64,000 bases of DNA. Source: Gemmatimonadota bacterium (GTDB lineage Bacteria; Gemmatimonadota; Gemmatimonadetes; Palauibacterales; KS3-K002). Shown in pieces: positions 51,252 to 60,982 of this stretch; the stretch's first letter is position 1; each line of letters opens with the position of its first letter. The position numbers were made by a program, and so were the translations under genes. Location of the stretch: positions 5,689 through 69,688 of the forward strand of contig JBDHKG010000033.1 in the NCBI GenBank assembly GCA_039586495.1. Reading direction: 5' to 3'. The notes under the pieces were generated by a model that saw only the letters and a program-made list of their open reading frames with translations, was not told the DNA's origin and ran no database searches.

Positions 51252-53246
51252 ATGCCGTTCTTGCGCCTCCGCGATCTGCGAACGGCCTCCCTGAGCGACT
51301 TCGAATCCGCTGAGGTCAGAATCGGTCGCGATCCCGAGCTGGAGCTCACCGTCAGCGGCGAGGGGAGCCACGTGGTCTCGGGTAGCCACGTCCGGTTCTT
51401 TTATCGAGTCGGGCGATGGTGGATCGAGGACACCGGGAGCCGGAACGGAACCTACATCGGGGACCGGCGGCTCGTGCCCCGTGAGAGTGAGGTAATCGCG
51501 CCAGGGACGGTGATCCGACTCGGGAAGACGGGCCCCCGGTTGAGAGTTGAGACCGCCGCCAGTCGCGCTCTCGACGCGACCTTCGCTGAGCGAGCACCTG
51601 AGGCGACTCCAGCGGAAGCGCCGTCCGCGCGGGAACTCGCCGGCGCGCACGCTCCCCCGACGTCCCCCTTTGTTGTCAAGGTCGTCTTGGAGGAGGCCCG
51701 AAGCGGCGAGCGGTTTGAAGCCGCGGGCGCGCGCATCCGCATCGGGCGCGGGGCGGATTGTGAGGTGAGGCCGCTCGGGATGGACGATGAGCTGATCTCC
51801 CGAGTCCACGCCGAGATTCTCCTCAAAGATGAGGGGAACGTCTTCGTTCGTGATGCGCGCAGCGTGAACGGCACGTTCCTTAACGGCGAGTACCTGGAGG
51901 TCGAAGAGAAGCTGAACGAAGGCGATCAGATCGCCCTGGGTGAGGAGGGGCCGGTGCTGGTCGTCGAGAAGCTCTCGGTATCGCTGGCGGCAAAGGCCTC
52001 CGGCGGCCTCAGCACGCTTCTCGTACGCCGCCTAGTGGAGGAAGTATCCCATGGCAGTGCCGCCCGCGTGCGTCAGCTCGTCTGGACGATACTGGGCGTG
52101 TTGGTCACGGCTGTGGCGGGCTTGTATCTGCTGAGCGAGAGGCGGGACCGAGATACGGCAGCTGCCCTTGAGGAGCAACGGCGCGCGCTGGAGGAACACC
52201 GACAGGCGCTGGACGACTACCGCCGCGCGCTCGCCCGTCAGCGGGCGACCACGGACTCAGTGCTGTGGGCTGCCGCCATGGAGTACGAGCGCCTGAGGAG
52301 CGAGCTGGAGGTAGCTCGAGAAGGCGCAGCGCCAGCAGCTGTGGTGGACAGTCTGCGCCAAGCGCTGATTGACGCCGACAGGCGAACGCAGGCGCTCGAG
52401 GCGTCGCTGGCTCGCTCCCAAGCCGCCTTGACGCGCCAGCTCGCCGCCGGTGACTCGGCGCGGCGCCGAGCATCGGCTGAGGTGGCTCGCTTGCAGACGG
52501 AGCTCGAGCGGGCAGGGCAGGCGCAGGTTTCCCCTGGCCTGGTGGACAGCCTGCGGCAGGCAATCCGCGATGCGGAAGATCAGGCGGCGAATATCACCGC
52601 CCAGCTGCGCGCTGTGAGCGGGGTCAACCTGGCGGCAGTGGCCGAGGCGAATCAGGGGGCTGTGGGTCTCGTGACTGTGTTCATGGGCTTGCGGCTCTTC
52701 GATGGATCGGGTTTCGTGATCACGCCGTCGGGCTACTTCGTGACCAACCGGCACGTGGCCCAGCTGGATGGTGAGCAGGCGGATTCTGTCTTTGTGACGA
52801 TGGCCGATGAGCGCTTCCGGGTGGGGGCTGAGGTCAGCGCTGTCGCGCCGCCGGGTGGACCCGACCTCGCCGTCCTCAGAATCCTCGACTACAGCGGAGC
52901 CCATGTCGAGAGAGTGGACTGGTCGGGCACCCGGGCGACGCAGGGTGAACCGGCCGCGCTCATCGGTTTTCCGGCAGGGCTCGGCGCAGCGCTGGACCAG
53001 ACCCGCAGGGTGCGGACGTCGATGAGCGCGGGGATCTTCAGCAAGGTCACGCCGGAGTTGATCCAGTTCGACGGGTTCACGGTGGAGGGTTCGAGCGGAA
53101 GTCCGGTATTCAACTCCAGCGGTGAGGTAGTGGCCGTGCACCGGGGCAGTCTGCGCGGGGCCACAGGGCTCGGTTTCGCCGTACCCATCAAGCTGTTAGT
53201 GCCCCTCCTGCCACCTGAGGTCAAAGCGGAGTTCGGAATCGAGTAG
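51252..53246 (+). CDS. Tandem FHA domains + TM/coiled-coil + trypsin-like serine protease domain protein
   Basis: FHA1 is EVRIGRDPE...SGSHVRFFYRVGRWWIEDTGSRNGTYI. FHA2 is IRIGRGADCEV...SRVHAEILLKDEGNVFVRDARSVNGTFLNG. The long helical region is rich in Ala, Arg, Glu and Leu. The protease domain has FVTNRHV ... GSSGSPVFNSSGEVVAVH. Confidence 0.8.
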   Translation: MPFLRLRDLRTASLSDFESAEVRIGRDPELELTVSGEGSHVVSGSHVRFFYRVGRWWIEDTGSRNGTYIGDRRLVPRESEVIAPGTVIRLGKTGPRLRVETAASRALDATFAERAPEATPAEAPSARELAGAHAPPTSPFVVKVVLEEARSGERFEAAGARIRIGRGADCEVRPLGMDDELISRVHAEILLKDEGNVFVRDARSVNGTFLNGEYLEVEEKLNEGDQIALGEEGPVLVVEKLSVSLAAKASGGLSTLLVRRLVEEVSHGSAARVRQLVWTILGVLVTAVAGLYLLSERRDRDTAAALEEQRRALEEHRQALDDYRRALARQRATTDSVLWAAAMEYERLRSELEVAREGAAPAAVVDSLRQALIDADRRTQALEASLARSQAALTRQLAAGDSARRRASAEVARLQTELERAGQAQVSPGLVDSLRQAIRDAEDQAANITAQLRAVSGVNLAAVAEANQGAVGLVTVFMGLRLFDGSGFVITPSGYFVTNRHVAQLDGEQADSVFVTMADERFRVGAEVSAVAPPGGPDLAVLRILDYSGAHVERVDWSGTRATQGEPAALIGFPAGLGAALDQTRRVRTSMSAGIFSKVTPELIQFDGFTVEGSSGSPVFNSSGEVVAVHRGSLRGATGLGFAVPIKLLVPLLPPEVKAEFGIE

Positions 53247-53337
53247 CGACCATCCGGCAAACCCGGTGTTGAGGAGCTGGGCGCGTCGCAAACCAGCCAA
53301 GAAGCCACTGTCGATTGTATCGCATCGAGGAGGCGAG

Positions 53338-55674
53338 ATGGCACCAGCACGCGTATCGAAACAGTGCGCCGTTGTGCTGTCGGCCGTAGCGCTGAGCGCG
53401 ACGGCAGCTCTGGCTCAGCCACCGCAGCCGGCTCCACCCCCGGCGGAGTCCGGGCTCAGCGTCGTTAACATCATGCGGGGACCGGAGTTGGTGGGGACGT
53501 CACCCTCACAGCTCCGCTGGGCACCCGATGGGCGCACGCTCTACTTCGTCTGGAAGGCGCCGGACGCGGAACGCGAGGGTCTCTACCGAGTGAACCGGGG
53601 CGGTGGGGAACCGGAGCGCCTCCCCGACGAGGAGGCTCTGGAGATCGAGCCGCTGCTGCAGGCCGTCTACTCCGATGACCGGGACTGGGCCGCCTACGCC
53701 GACGACGGCGATCTGTACCTACTCGATGTCGGCTCGGGGCGAGAGAGGCTTCTCGTATCGGTGCCCCGCCACTTGTCACGGGTACAGATCGCGCCCGATG
53801 GCACGGCCGTGTACTTCGTCCTCGACGACAATCTCTTCCGAGTGGATGTCCGGGACGCTGCGCTGATACAGCTCACTGACATTCGTCATGGCAGCCCGCC
53901 GCGGGAGCCGGAGCCGTCCGGGGGACAGAGGCTCTTCCTGCAGGACGAGCAACGGGCGCTACTGCCGGTCTTCGAGCTGGATTCGCTGCGCCGGATCCGT
54001 GCCTGGCCGCCGCCACGCGACCCTGAACAGGTTGAGGTGCTGCGGGCCTTCTATGTGCAGGAAGGCCAGCGGATCGGCGGCTACTGGGTGGCATCGGACG
54101 GCTCCCGGATGGCGTTCACTCTGAGCGAGGAAGCGAGGGACGCGCGTCTGGAGTGGGTGCCTGACTACGTCACAGCGGACGGCTACACGCGCCAGGCGCC
54201 GAGTAAACGCACATTGGTCGGCGACGCGCAGAGTAGCGAGAGGTTGGGTGTCATGGACCTGGCTACCGGCGAAGTCACGTGGGTGGACCACGGGCAAGCC
54301 GATCGTCAGATCAGGCTGCACTTCCGCGGCTGGTCGGAGAAGGCCGATCGCCTGCTCGCCGTCGGCCTCTCCGAAGATGTTCACGATCGCTGGATCTTCG
54401 TTGTGGACGCGGGGTCGGGCGAGTCGAGGCTGATCGATCATCTCCATGATCATGCCTGGATCGGCGGGCCTGGGTGGTCCTCGGCGGGCTGGATGCCCGA
54501 TGGCGACCACCTCTGGTTCTTCTCCGAGGCGACGGGGTTCTCCCACCTCTACACGATCGCGGCGGGTGGCGGCGAGCCGACTCCTCTCACGACCGGTCCC
54601 TGGGAGGTGTTGAGCGCCGAGCTCTCTCCCGACAAGAAGGAGTGGTTCCTCGTGACCAGCGAGGCGAGCCCGCACGAGCGTGCCTTCCATCGCATGAACC
54701 TCGACGGGAGTGATCGACGTCGGATCACCGGCTTCGGCAGCCTGCAGCCCCGGGACGCCGTGGCCGTCGCGCCCGACGGCCGTCGGCTGGCCGTGCTCTA
54801 CGGTTGGCCGAACCATCCGCCGGAGCTGTTTCTCCAGGACAACCGCGAGGGCGCCCGGGTGACGCAGATCACCGAGTCGACGACCGCCGAATTCCGGGCG
54901 CATGACTGGATGGTGCCGGAGATCATCTACTTTCCGGCGAGTGACGGCGTTGATGTGCCGGCGCGGCTCTTTCGGCCGCCGCAGCCTAACGGCGCCGGCG
55001 TGATCTTCGTGCACGGGGCGGGCTATATGCAGAACGTGCACCGTTGGTGGAGCAGCTACTACCGGGAGTACATGTTCCACAACCTGCTGGCCGAGCGGGG
55101 CTACACAGTGCTCGACATCGACTATCGCGGCTCCGCTGGCTACGGCCGCGATTGGCGCGCGGCGGTCCACAAGCAGATGGGCGGGGCAGATCTGTCCGAT
55201 TTGGTCGACGGCGCCCGCTACTTGGTGCAGCGGCGCCGCGTCGATCCTGATCGCATTGGGATCTACGGTGGTAGCTACGGCGGCTTCCTCACCCTGATGG
55301 CGATGTTCACCAAGCCCGGGACGTTCGCCGCCGGCGCCGCCCTGCGGCCGGTGACGGACTGGGCGTATTACAGCCATGGCTACACTTCGGAGATCCTCGG
55401 CCTGCCGCAGGATGATGCGGAGGCGTACCGACGCAGCTCGCCTATGTATCACGCGGAGGGGCTCGAAGGCGCGTTGCTGATTGCCCACGGGATGATCGAC
55501 CAGAACGTCCACTTCCAGGACACCGTGCGGCTAGTCGAGCGGCTGATCGAGTTGGGCAAGGACAACTGGCAGGTCGCCATCTATCCGAAGGAGGACCACG
55601 AATTCACGCACGCGTGGTCCTGGACAGACGAGTACAACCGTATCCTCAAGTTGTTTGAGGAGAATCTCGACTAG
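53338..55674 (+). CDS. S9-family prolyl oligopeptidase / dipeptidyl aminopeptidase with N-terminal beta-propeller
   Basis: ATG at 53338 follows GAGGAGG, with signal peptide AVVLSAVALSATAALAQ. Catalytic GGSYGG, plus HGMIDQNV and EDHEF. Confidence 0.85.
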   Translation: MAPARVSKQCAVVLSAVALSATAALAQPPQPAPPPAESGLSVVNIMRGPELVGTSPSQLRWAPDGRTLYFVWKAPDAEREGLYRVNRGGGEPERLPDEEALEIEPLLQAVYSDDRDWAAYADDGDLYLLDVGSGRERLLVSVPRHLSRVQIAPDGTAVYFVLDDNLFRVDVRDAALIQLTDIRHGSPPREPEPSGGQRLFLQDEQRALLPVFELDSLRRIRAWPPPRDPEQVEVLRAFYVQEGQRIGGYWVASDGSRMAFTLSEEARDARLEWVPDYVTADGYTRQAPSKRTLVGDAQSSERLGVMDLATGEVTWVDHGQADRQIRLHFRGWSEKADRLLAVGLSEDVHDRWIFVVDAGSGESRLIDHLHDHAWIGGPGWSSAGWMPDGDHLWFFSEATGFSHLYTIAAGGGEPTPLTTGPWEVLSAELSPDKKEWFLVTSEASPHERAFHRMNLDGSDRRRITGFGSLQPRDAVAVAPDGRRLAVLYGWPNHPPELFLQDNREGARVTQITESTTAEFRAHDWMVPEIIYFPASDGVDVPARLFRPPQPNGAGVIFVHGAGYMQNVHRWWSSYYREYMFHNLLAERGYTVLDIDYRGSAGYGRDWRAAVHKQMGGADLSDLVDGARYLVQRRRVDPDRIGIYGGSYGGFLTLMAMFTKPGTFAAGAALRPVTDWAYYSHGYTSEILGLPQDDAEAYRRSSPMYHAEGLEGALLIAHGMIDQNVHFQDTVRLVERLIELGKDNWQVAIYPKEDHEFTHAWSWTDEYNRILKLFEENLD

Positions 55675-55805
55675 GCTGGTTACGACTGCCCTGGCGAAGG
55701 GGCACGCCGTCGCACCGCTGGATGCGCACCGTTCGGCCTGACGGTTCTCCTGAGCGCTTCGAAGACCACCGGCCTGAGGACCCGTGCCTGATGTCCTGGT
55801 GACCC

Positions 55806-56675
55806 CTACTGTTCAGGCATCACGCCACCGACTACTCGCTTGAGCCGCTCGCCGGCCGGGATTGCAGCGCCCTGGTCCCAGCCGTTGATCAGGGCCAGAG
55901 TGGTGGTTGGGACGGTTGATGGGTGTCGCTCTGCGAACTCCTCCAGCGTCATCGCGCGATCGAGCCTGAGTACCTCGATGCGGCGCGGCTGGACATTGAG
56001 CGCCGCCGGGTCAGTCAGCCGGTCGAAGCTGGCGAGCGAGCGTTGGAAAACGGCGTCGTACGTTCCCATACGGTCTGCGATCGTGTAGCCGAGTATCTGG
56101 TAGACGCGCCCGTCGTGGCCTAGGAACACGATCAGGCCACGTAGCTCGCCGCCGCTCTGAGTGGTTGCCCCGAAGTAGGCCCAGCGGGCGGGTAAGCCGT
56201 TGACGCTTTGGTCGAAAGTGGATCCTGCGCGGATGCCCGACTGGGACAGGAAGCTTCGCGCGGCAGCGTCGACTGAGGAGCCTTCGGCGAGGGTGAGCTG
56301 GATGATCGCGTCCTCCTGTGGGCTGAGCCCGGCCACCGCCTGAGGCATGTTCTGTATCTGCCAATCCGTCGGGAACTGGAATTGGAATTCCAGGTCGGGG
56401 TGCAGGAAGGTCGCGCCGCGGAAGAACCCCTGTCTCGGGTTCTCACCGAAGACGATGCCATCGATCCGCTGCAGATAGCGATCCCGTCCCACCGTGCCCT
56501 CGGAAGGGCCGCCGGCCCCGGCGATCGCTCGCTCCATGCGCTCGCGTCGCTCACCCGGGTCCGGATGTGTGGACAGCCAGCTGGGGAGGCCACTTCCCCC
56601 AGCCGCCTCGCTGACTTGGCCGAGCATGGTGAAGACGTCCACCATCTCGCGAAGGTCGTAGCTTCCACGCGACAT
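55806..56675 (-). pseudogene. M48-family peptidase (BepA/LoiP-like), C-terminal part of a disrupted gene
   Basis: The frame is open upstream of the listed Met to about 56745 and reads LLKFSRDDERQADDLGLRYMSRGSYDLREMVDVF. This is the third-zinc-ligand Glu region and following domain. It is in a different frame from the N-terminal part. Confidence 0.65.
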
Positions 56676-56706
56676 GTAACGCAGGCCGAGATCGTCGGCC
56701 TGACGC

Positions 56707-57153
56707 TCATCGTCGCGGCTGAACTTGAGGAGCTGAGTGACGGGCTGTGACGTGCCCGATCTCGTGCCCGACCACGGCAGCCAACTCCGCCTCGGAGTTG
56801 AAATGCCCGAGGATGCCCCGGGTCACATAGATGAAGCCGCCGGGCAAGGCGAAGGCATTGACGACAGGGTCGTCCACGACCTTGAAGCTCCATGGTAGAC
56901 CGGGCCGCTCCGACTTGGCGGCCAACTCCTGACCGATCTGGTCAACATAGGCCTGCAGGTCAGGATCGTCGTAGAGGCCGATGAGAGCCTCGACCTGCTT
57001 GGCGCCCTCACGCCCCATCTCGATCTCTTGGCGCTCGCTGACCAGGATCAGCTGCCGCTCTCCGGTGGCCGGGTTCACCGGACAACTGACGACGCTCAAG
57101 GCGAGCAGGGCGACGGCCGGTAACGGTCGGAGTGTTCTCATCGAGCGTCTCAT
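56707..57153 (-). pseudogene. M48-family peptidase, N-terminal part of a disrupted gene
   Basis: Signal/lipoprotein-like N-terminus (ALLALSVVSC). NAFALPGGFIYVTRG and HEIGHVTARHS are followed after 8 codons by a stop. Confidence 0.65.
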
Positions 57154-57544
57154 AGGTCCGAGCCTCTTGCTGTCTGTAGTCGATACGTCCTACTTGGATA
57201 ACGTCGGCCGATCCGTGTGCGCCCGCTTCGCCCCCCGACTTCTAGGACGATCGTGGCCCGGGTTGAATCGGTGCTGTGCTGCTCGCCCATGGCGGTCTCG
57301 ATCAACAGGTCTCCACGGTCTCTAAACATGTAGCGAAGCGGCGAGTCGGTGCGCCGCCTCCGCAGCCGAGCAGTAGAACCGAGACTATTGCAATGAATGA
57401 CTGACGGTGCACTATAGTCCCCCTCTCAAAGGCGGTACGCCGAGACCTTGAGGCACTCATAGGTCTGCCTTAGGTTGCATGGCGGCGCCGGTTGGGCCGC
57501 GGCGCCCTGCCATCGCTGAAACCTCGGAATGGCAAGCCCGCGTC

Positions 57545-57550
57545 TATAAT
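57545..57550 (+). promoter_or_regulatory. Possible -10 box (TATAAT) upstream of the TM2-domain gene
   Basis: Perfect TATAAT about 70 nt upstream of ATG 57620. No convincing -35. Confidence 0.25.
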
Positions 57551-57619
57551 ACTGGAAGGCAGGCGGTCACGGGAGTCGCGGGCAGGCCGGACCGGCTGCT
57601 GCGAGGTCTGCGAGCCAGC

Positions 57620-58102
57620 ATGCAAGAAGGCGAGAAGAAGTACAAGGAAGGCATAGCGTACGGGCTCTGGGCAGGCTGGCTGTTCGGGTTCGGCGGCCTG
57701 CATCGCCTCTATCTGGGGAAGTACGGGACTGGCTTCCTCTGGCTGTTCAGCTGGGGTTTCTTCGGGATCGGCCAACTCTACGACCTGATCACGATGCGCC
57801 GGCAGGTTGAGGAAGCGAACCTCCTGGAAGAGGCGCGGGCGTTGCGTGCGTTGCGGAAGACTCAGCCGCAGCGAAGCCAACAGCAGATCCTGCTCGATGC
57901 CGCCATGCGTGAGGGCGGCAAGCTCACCGTCACCCAGGCGGCCATGATCACGGGCTTCTCGTTCCAGGAAGCGGAGCAGCTCCTGCGCGAGATGGTGATG
58001 AGCGGCTACGTGGACGTTGGTAACGAGCCCGAGAGCGGCGTGGTGGTCTACTACTTCCCTGAGCTGCAAGGGCGCCCGCGACTGAAGCCTGACGGGACCT
58101 AG
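57620..58102 (+). CDS. TM2-domain membrane protein with C-terminal helical (winged-helix-like) region
   Basis: AYGLWAGWLFGFGGLHRLYLGKYGTGFLWLFSWGFFGIGQLYDLI is the TM2 domain pattern. Start at internal ATG 57620, or at the ORF start 57479. Confidence 0.7.
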   Translation: MQEGEKKYKEGIAYGLWAGWLFGFGGLHRLYLGKYGTGFLWLFSWGFFGIGQLYDLITMRRQVEEANLLEEARALRALRKTQPQRSQQQILLDAAMREGGKLTVTQAAMITGFSFQEAEQLLREMVMSGYVDVGNEPESGVVVYYFPELQGRPRLKPDGT

Positions 58103-58110
58103 CGACAGAA

Positions 58111-58133
58111 AGGCCGGAGCGCTGCCCCGGCCT
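58111..58133 (+). terminator. Possible terminator hairpin between the convergent TM2 and M28 genes
   Basis: AGGCCGG-N9-CCGGCCT stem just after the TM2 gene stop. Weak T-tract. Confidence 0.3.
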
Positions 58134-58266
58134 CTCTCCGATTCTAGCCTCTGCAGTCTTACTACCCGTTAACGACCGAGCAAGTTCTCCATCTCGATGA
58201 CCGCGTCCTGCTCGTCCTTCAGTACGTGGCTGAGCCCGTGCCAGAACGGGTAGTAGTCATTGTGAT

Positions 58267-60024
58267 TCACTCGCGGCGCCCCAGCACCGCGGTGAGTTTG
58301 AGCACCTCTCCGTCACGTCGGACCTTGATCACGACGGTGTCACCGGGGGCATGCTCGCGTAGCGCATAGGTGTAGTCGTAGATGTTCAGGACTTGCTTCC
58401 CGGCGAACTCGACGACTATGTCGCCGGCCTGTATCCCGGCACGCTCGGCCGGACTGCCCGCTCGCACGCCTGACAGCCTCAGGCCACCGCCCTCGACCTC
58501 GCCGAAGTCGGGGATCGTGCCGAGATAGGGACCGTAACCGCCGCCGCCACGGACCTGCGGCCGCTCCTGCTCGATCAGCTGAAGCCGGCCAGGCCGATTC
58601 CCCAGCGTCTCGACGAGCGCGATCGCGAAGTCGACGACCTGCGCCAGACCGTCAGCGTTGATCAGCTGCCAGTCGTCTTCCGGCCGGTGATACTCGGAAT
58701 GGGTACCGGTGAACAGGTGCAGGACCGGGATCTTGCGTACGTAGAACGAAGTCTGGTCGCTTGGCCCGTACCCGTCTCCGATGTAGCTGAGCGCCAGCGG
58801 GCTGCGGGCATCCAGGGAATCGAGTAAGGCTGAAAACTCCTCAGCCGTCTCGGTTCCGAAGACTTGAAGCTTGCCGTCCCGCAGGCGGCCGACCATGTCG
58901 AAGTTCATCATGGCCACGATCTTCTCCGGCGGGAAAGGCGGGTCGCTGACGAAGTGGTCGGAGCCGAGCAGGCCCATCTCTTCGGCGGAGAACGCCACGA
59001 AGACCAGCGTGCGCGCCGGCCGCCGGCTCATGTCGGCCGCGAAGTACTTCGCCAGCCCGAGCAGTGCCGAAGTCCCTGAGGCGTTGTCGTCAGCGCCGTT
59101 GTGCACGGCCTCGCTGTCAGGTGCCAGGGAACCCGGCCCACCCAGGCCGAGATGATCGTAGTGGGCACCGACCACGATCACCTCATCGGCCCGCTCCGGA
59201 TCGCGGCCGGCAAGCTGCCCGACGACGTTGTAGGCCTTGACACGGAGCGGCTCGACCTTCGCATCGAGCCCAATGCTGAGTTCGTCATCGCTGAGCCAGC
59301 TGAGAATATCCTCGCTCTCGAGGATCTGGATCGCTGGGATTCCCACGGCATGAGGCGGATCCCCGCGCTGCGGGACGCGGATTCGCGGAACGGTGATGAG
59401 TACCGCCTCGGCCCCTTGCTCGCGCGCGATCGTCACCTTGCGGCGTGGTGAGGGATCGACATCCGACCGGTGGGGGTCGAAGTCCTCCGGGGTACCTCCC
59501 CGCAACACACCGATTCGGACCGCTTCACGGTGCGAGGCGAACTTGTCGTAGTCCTGAGCGCTCAGTCCATAGCCCGCTTGGATAGCATCGCCCGTGATAG
59601 AACCGCCGCTCGAGAAGTTGAAGGGGAGCCACTCCTCGTAGAGCTTTAGCTCTCTGGTGCCGCGCGCCGACTGGAGCACCAGGCGGCTGTCGGGCGCGAT
59701 GGAGATCGTGGTTGTGATCTCGAAGGATTGCAGGTACCCCCCCGTGCCCAACGGCTCGAGGCCGTATGCCTGCAGGTGCCGGGCGATGTAGGCCGCAGCG
59801 CTGTCGGCGCCGGGCTCGCCCGCCTCTCGCCCCGCGAGCTCGTCACTCGCCAGGTAGCGGACATGGGCCAGTAGCGTGTCGGGGGCCACGGACTGGGCGA
59901 ACGCCAGGGTGGGTGCCATAAAGACACACATCGCCGCCAGGGAGCACGGAAACGCCACCGGGCAGCGGAAAGCTCCCTTCTGGTTGCGCGTCGGGCGCGC
60001 AAACGCTTCGTTTGAAGTTCGCAT
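58267..60024 (-). CDS. M28-family aminopeptidase with PA-like insert and C-terminal PDZ domain
   Basis: VGAHYDHLGLGG, NGADDNASGTSALLGLA, SAEEMGLLGS. PDZ domain is GLRLSGVRAGSPAERAGIQAGDIVVEFAGKQV. Start ambiguous (60063, 60024 or 59931). Confidence 0.8.
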   Translation of the reverse strand: MRTSNEAFARPTRNQKGAFRCPVAFPCSLAAMCVFMAPTLAFAQSVAPDTLLAHVRYLASDELAGREAGEPGADSAAAYIARHLQAYGLEPLGTGGYLQSFEITTTISIAPDSRLVLQSARGTRELKLYEEWLPFNFSSGGSITGDAIQAGYGLSAQDYDKFASHREAVRIGVLRGGTPEDFDPHRSDVDPSPRRKVTIAREQGAEAVLITVPRIRVPQRGDPPHAVGIPAIQILESEDILSWLSDDELSIGLDAKVEPLRVKAYNVVGQLAGRDPERADEVIVVGAHYDHLGLGGPGSLAPDSEAVHNGADDNASGTSALLGLAKYFAADMSRRPARTLVFVAFSAEEMGLLGSDHFVSDPPFPPEKIVAMMNFDMVGRLRDGKLQVFGTETAEEFSALLDSLDARSPLALSYIGDGYGPSDQTSFYVRKIPVLHLFTGTHSEYHRPEDDWQLINADGLAQVVDFAIALVETLGNRPGRLQLIEQERPQVRGGGGYGPYLGTIPDFGEVEGGGLRLSGVRAGSPAERAGIQAGDIVVEFAGKQVLNIYDYTYALREHAPGDTVVIKVRRDGEVLKLTAVLGRRE

Positions 60025-60025
60025 A

Positions 60026-60949
60026 ATGCGCACGAACATAGAGGGGGAGGCCCTGGAATTCAACGATTCAAATGGCGGAGCGAAGCAGGAACGGCCGCCG
60101 ACACGTCAGTACACCGTCGCTGGCCCCGCGGGACCCCTGTTCGTGGTCGAGGTGGGGGACGGCCGGCCGCTTGTCGTGCTCCACGGCGGCCCCGGCGCCC
60201 ACCACGACTACTTGCTCCCGGCGTTCTCCAGCCTTGCGGACGAGTACGGGCTTCGCTTCTACGATCAGCGTGGTGGTGGCCGTTCGCGCATCCCACGGCC
60301 GTACGAGATCACGTGGCGTGATCATGTGGCTGATTTGGAGCTGTTGCGGCGCATCTGGGAGCTGGAGCGCCTGGTGTTGATCGGCTACTCCTGGGGCGGT
60401 CTGCTGGCGCTGCTCTACGCCACAGAGCACCCCGAGAGGGCCGAGGCGCTGGTTCTCCTGGCCTCTGCAGCCGGCTGGGGCCACTATCAGCGCCGCTTCA
60501 AGGACGAGCTGGAGCGGCGGTCGCGGTCCGAAGCGGTCGTGCGGCTGCGGGCGGAGCTGGAGGCCCCGGGGCTCCAAGAGCGGGACGCGGCCGCGTACCG
60601 CCGGCGCCGGTTCGACCTGAGCGTGGCCGGCTATTACCGGGATACCCGCGCCGCGCTGGACTCGGCTCCCTTCGTGGTGCAGACGCAAGCGCAGCAGGCG
60701 ACGTGGGCGAGTCTGAGGGGACACGGTCGGGATTTGCGACGCAGGCTCAGGGCGTTGACGGCGTCGACGCTCATCCTGCACGGGCGCTACGATCCCATGC
60801 CGCTGGAGTGGGCGGAGGAGTTGGCTCGGGTCATGCCGACGGCGCGCCTCGTGGTACTTGAGAACAGCGGGCACGTCCCCTATGTGGAGGAGGCCGAGCG
60901 GACCTTCGTCGAGGTCCGCCGATTCCTACGGGAGCATTTTGCGGGGTGA
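60026..60949 (+). CDS. Alpha/beta hydrolase (proline iminopeptidase-like)
   Basis: HGGPGAHHDY, nucleophile elbow GYSWGG, C-terminal NSGHVPYVEE. Start taken at ATG 60026 within ORF 59876..60949. Confidence 0.75.
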   Translation: MRTNIEGEALEFNDSNGGAKQERPPTRQYTVAGPAGPLFVVEVGDGRPLVVLHGGPGAHHDYLLPAFSSLADEYGLRFYDQRGGGRSRIPRPYEITWRDHVADLELLRRIWELERLVLIGYSWGGLLALLYATEHPERAEALVLLASAAGWGHYQRRFKDELERRSRSEAVVRLRAELEAPGLQERDAAAYRRRRFDLSVAGYYRDTRAALDSAPFVVQTQAQQATWASLRGHGRDLRRRLRALTASTLILHGRYDPMPLEWAEELARVMPTARLVVLENSGHVPYVEEAERTFVEVRRFLREHFAG

Positions 60950-60982
60950 GCCGTTCATAGCGCAGGGGCGGCGAAGCGCGAT

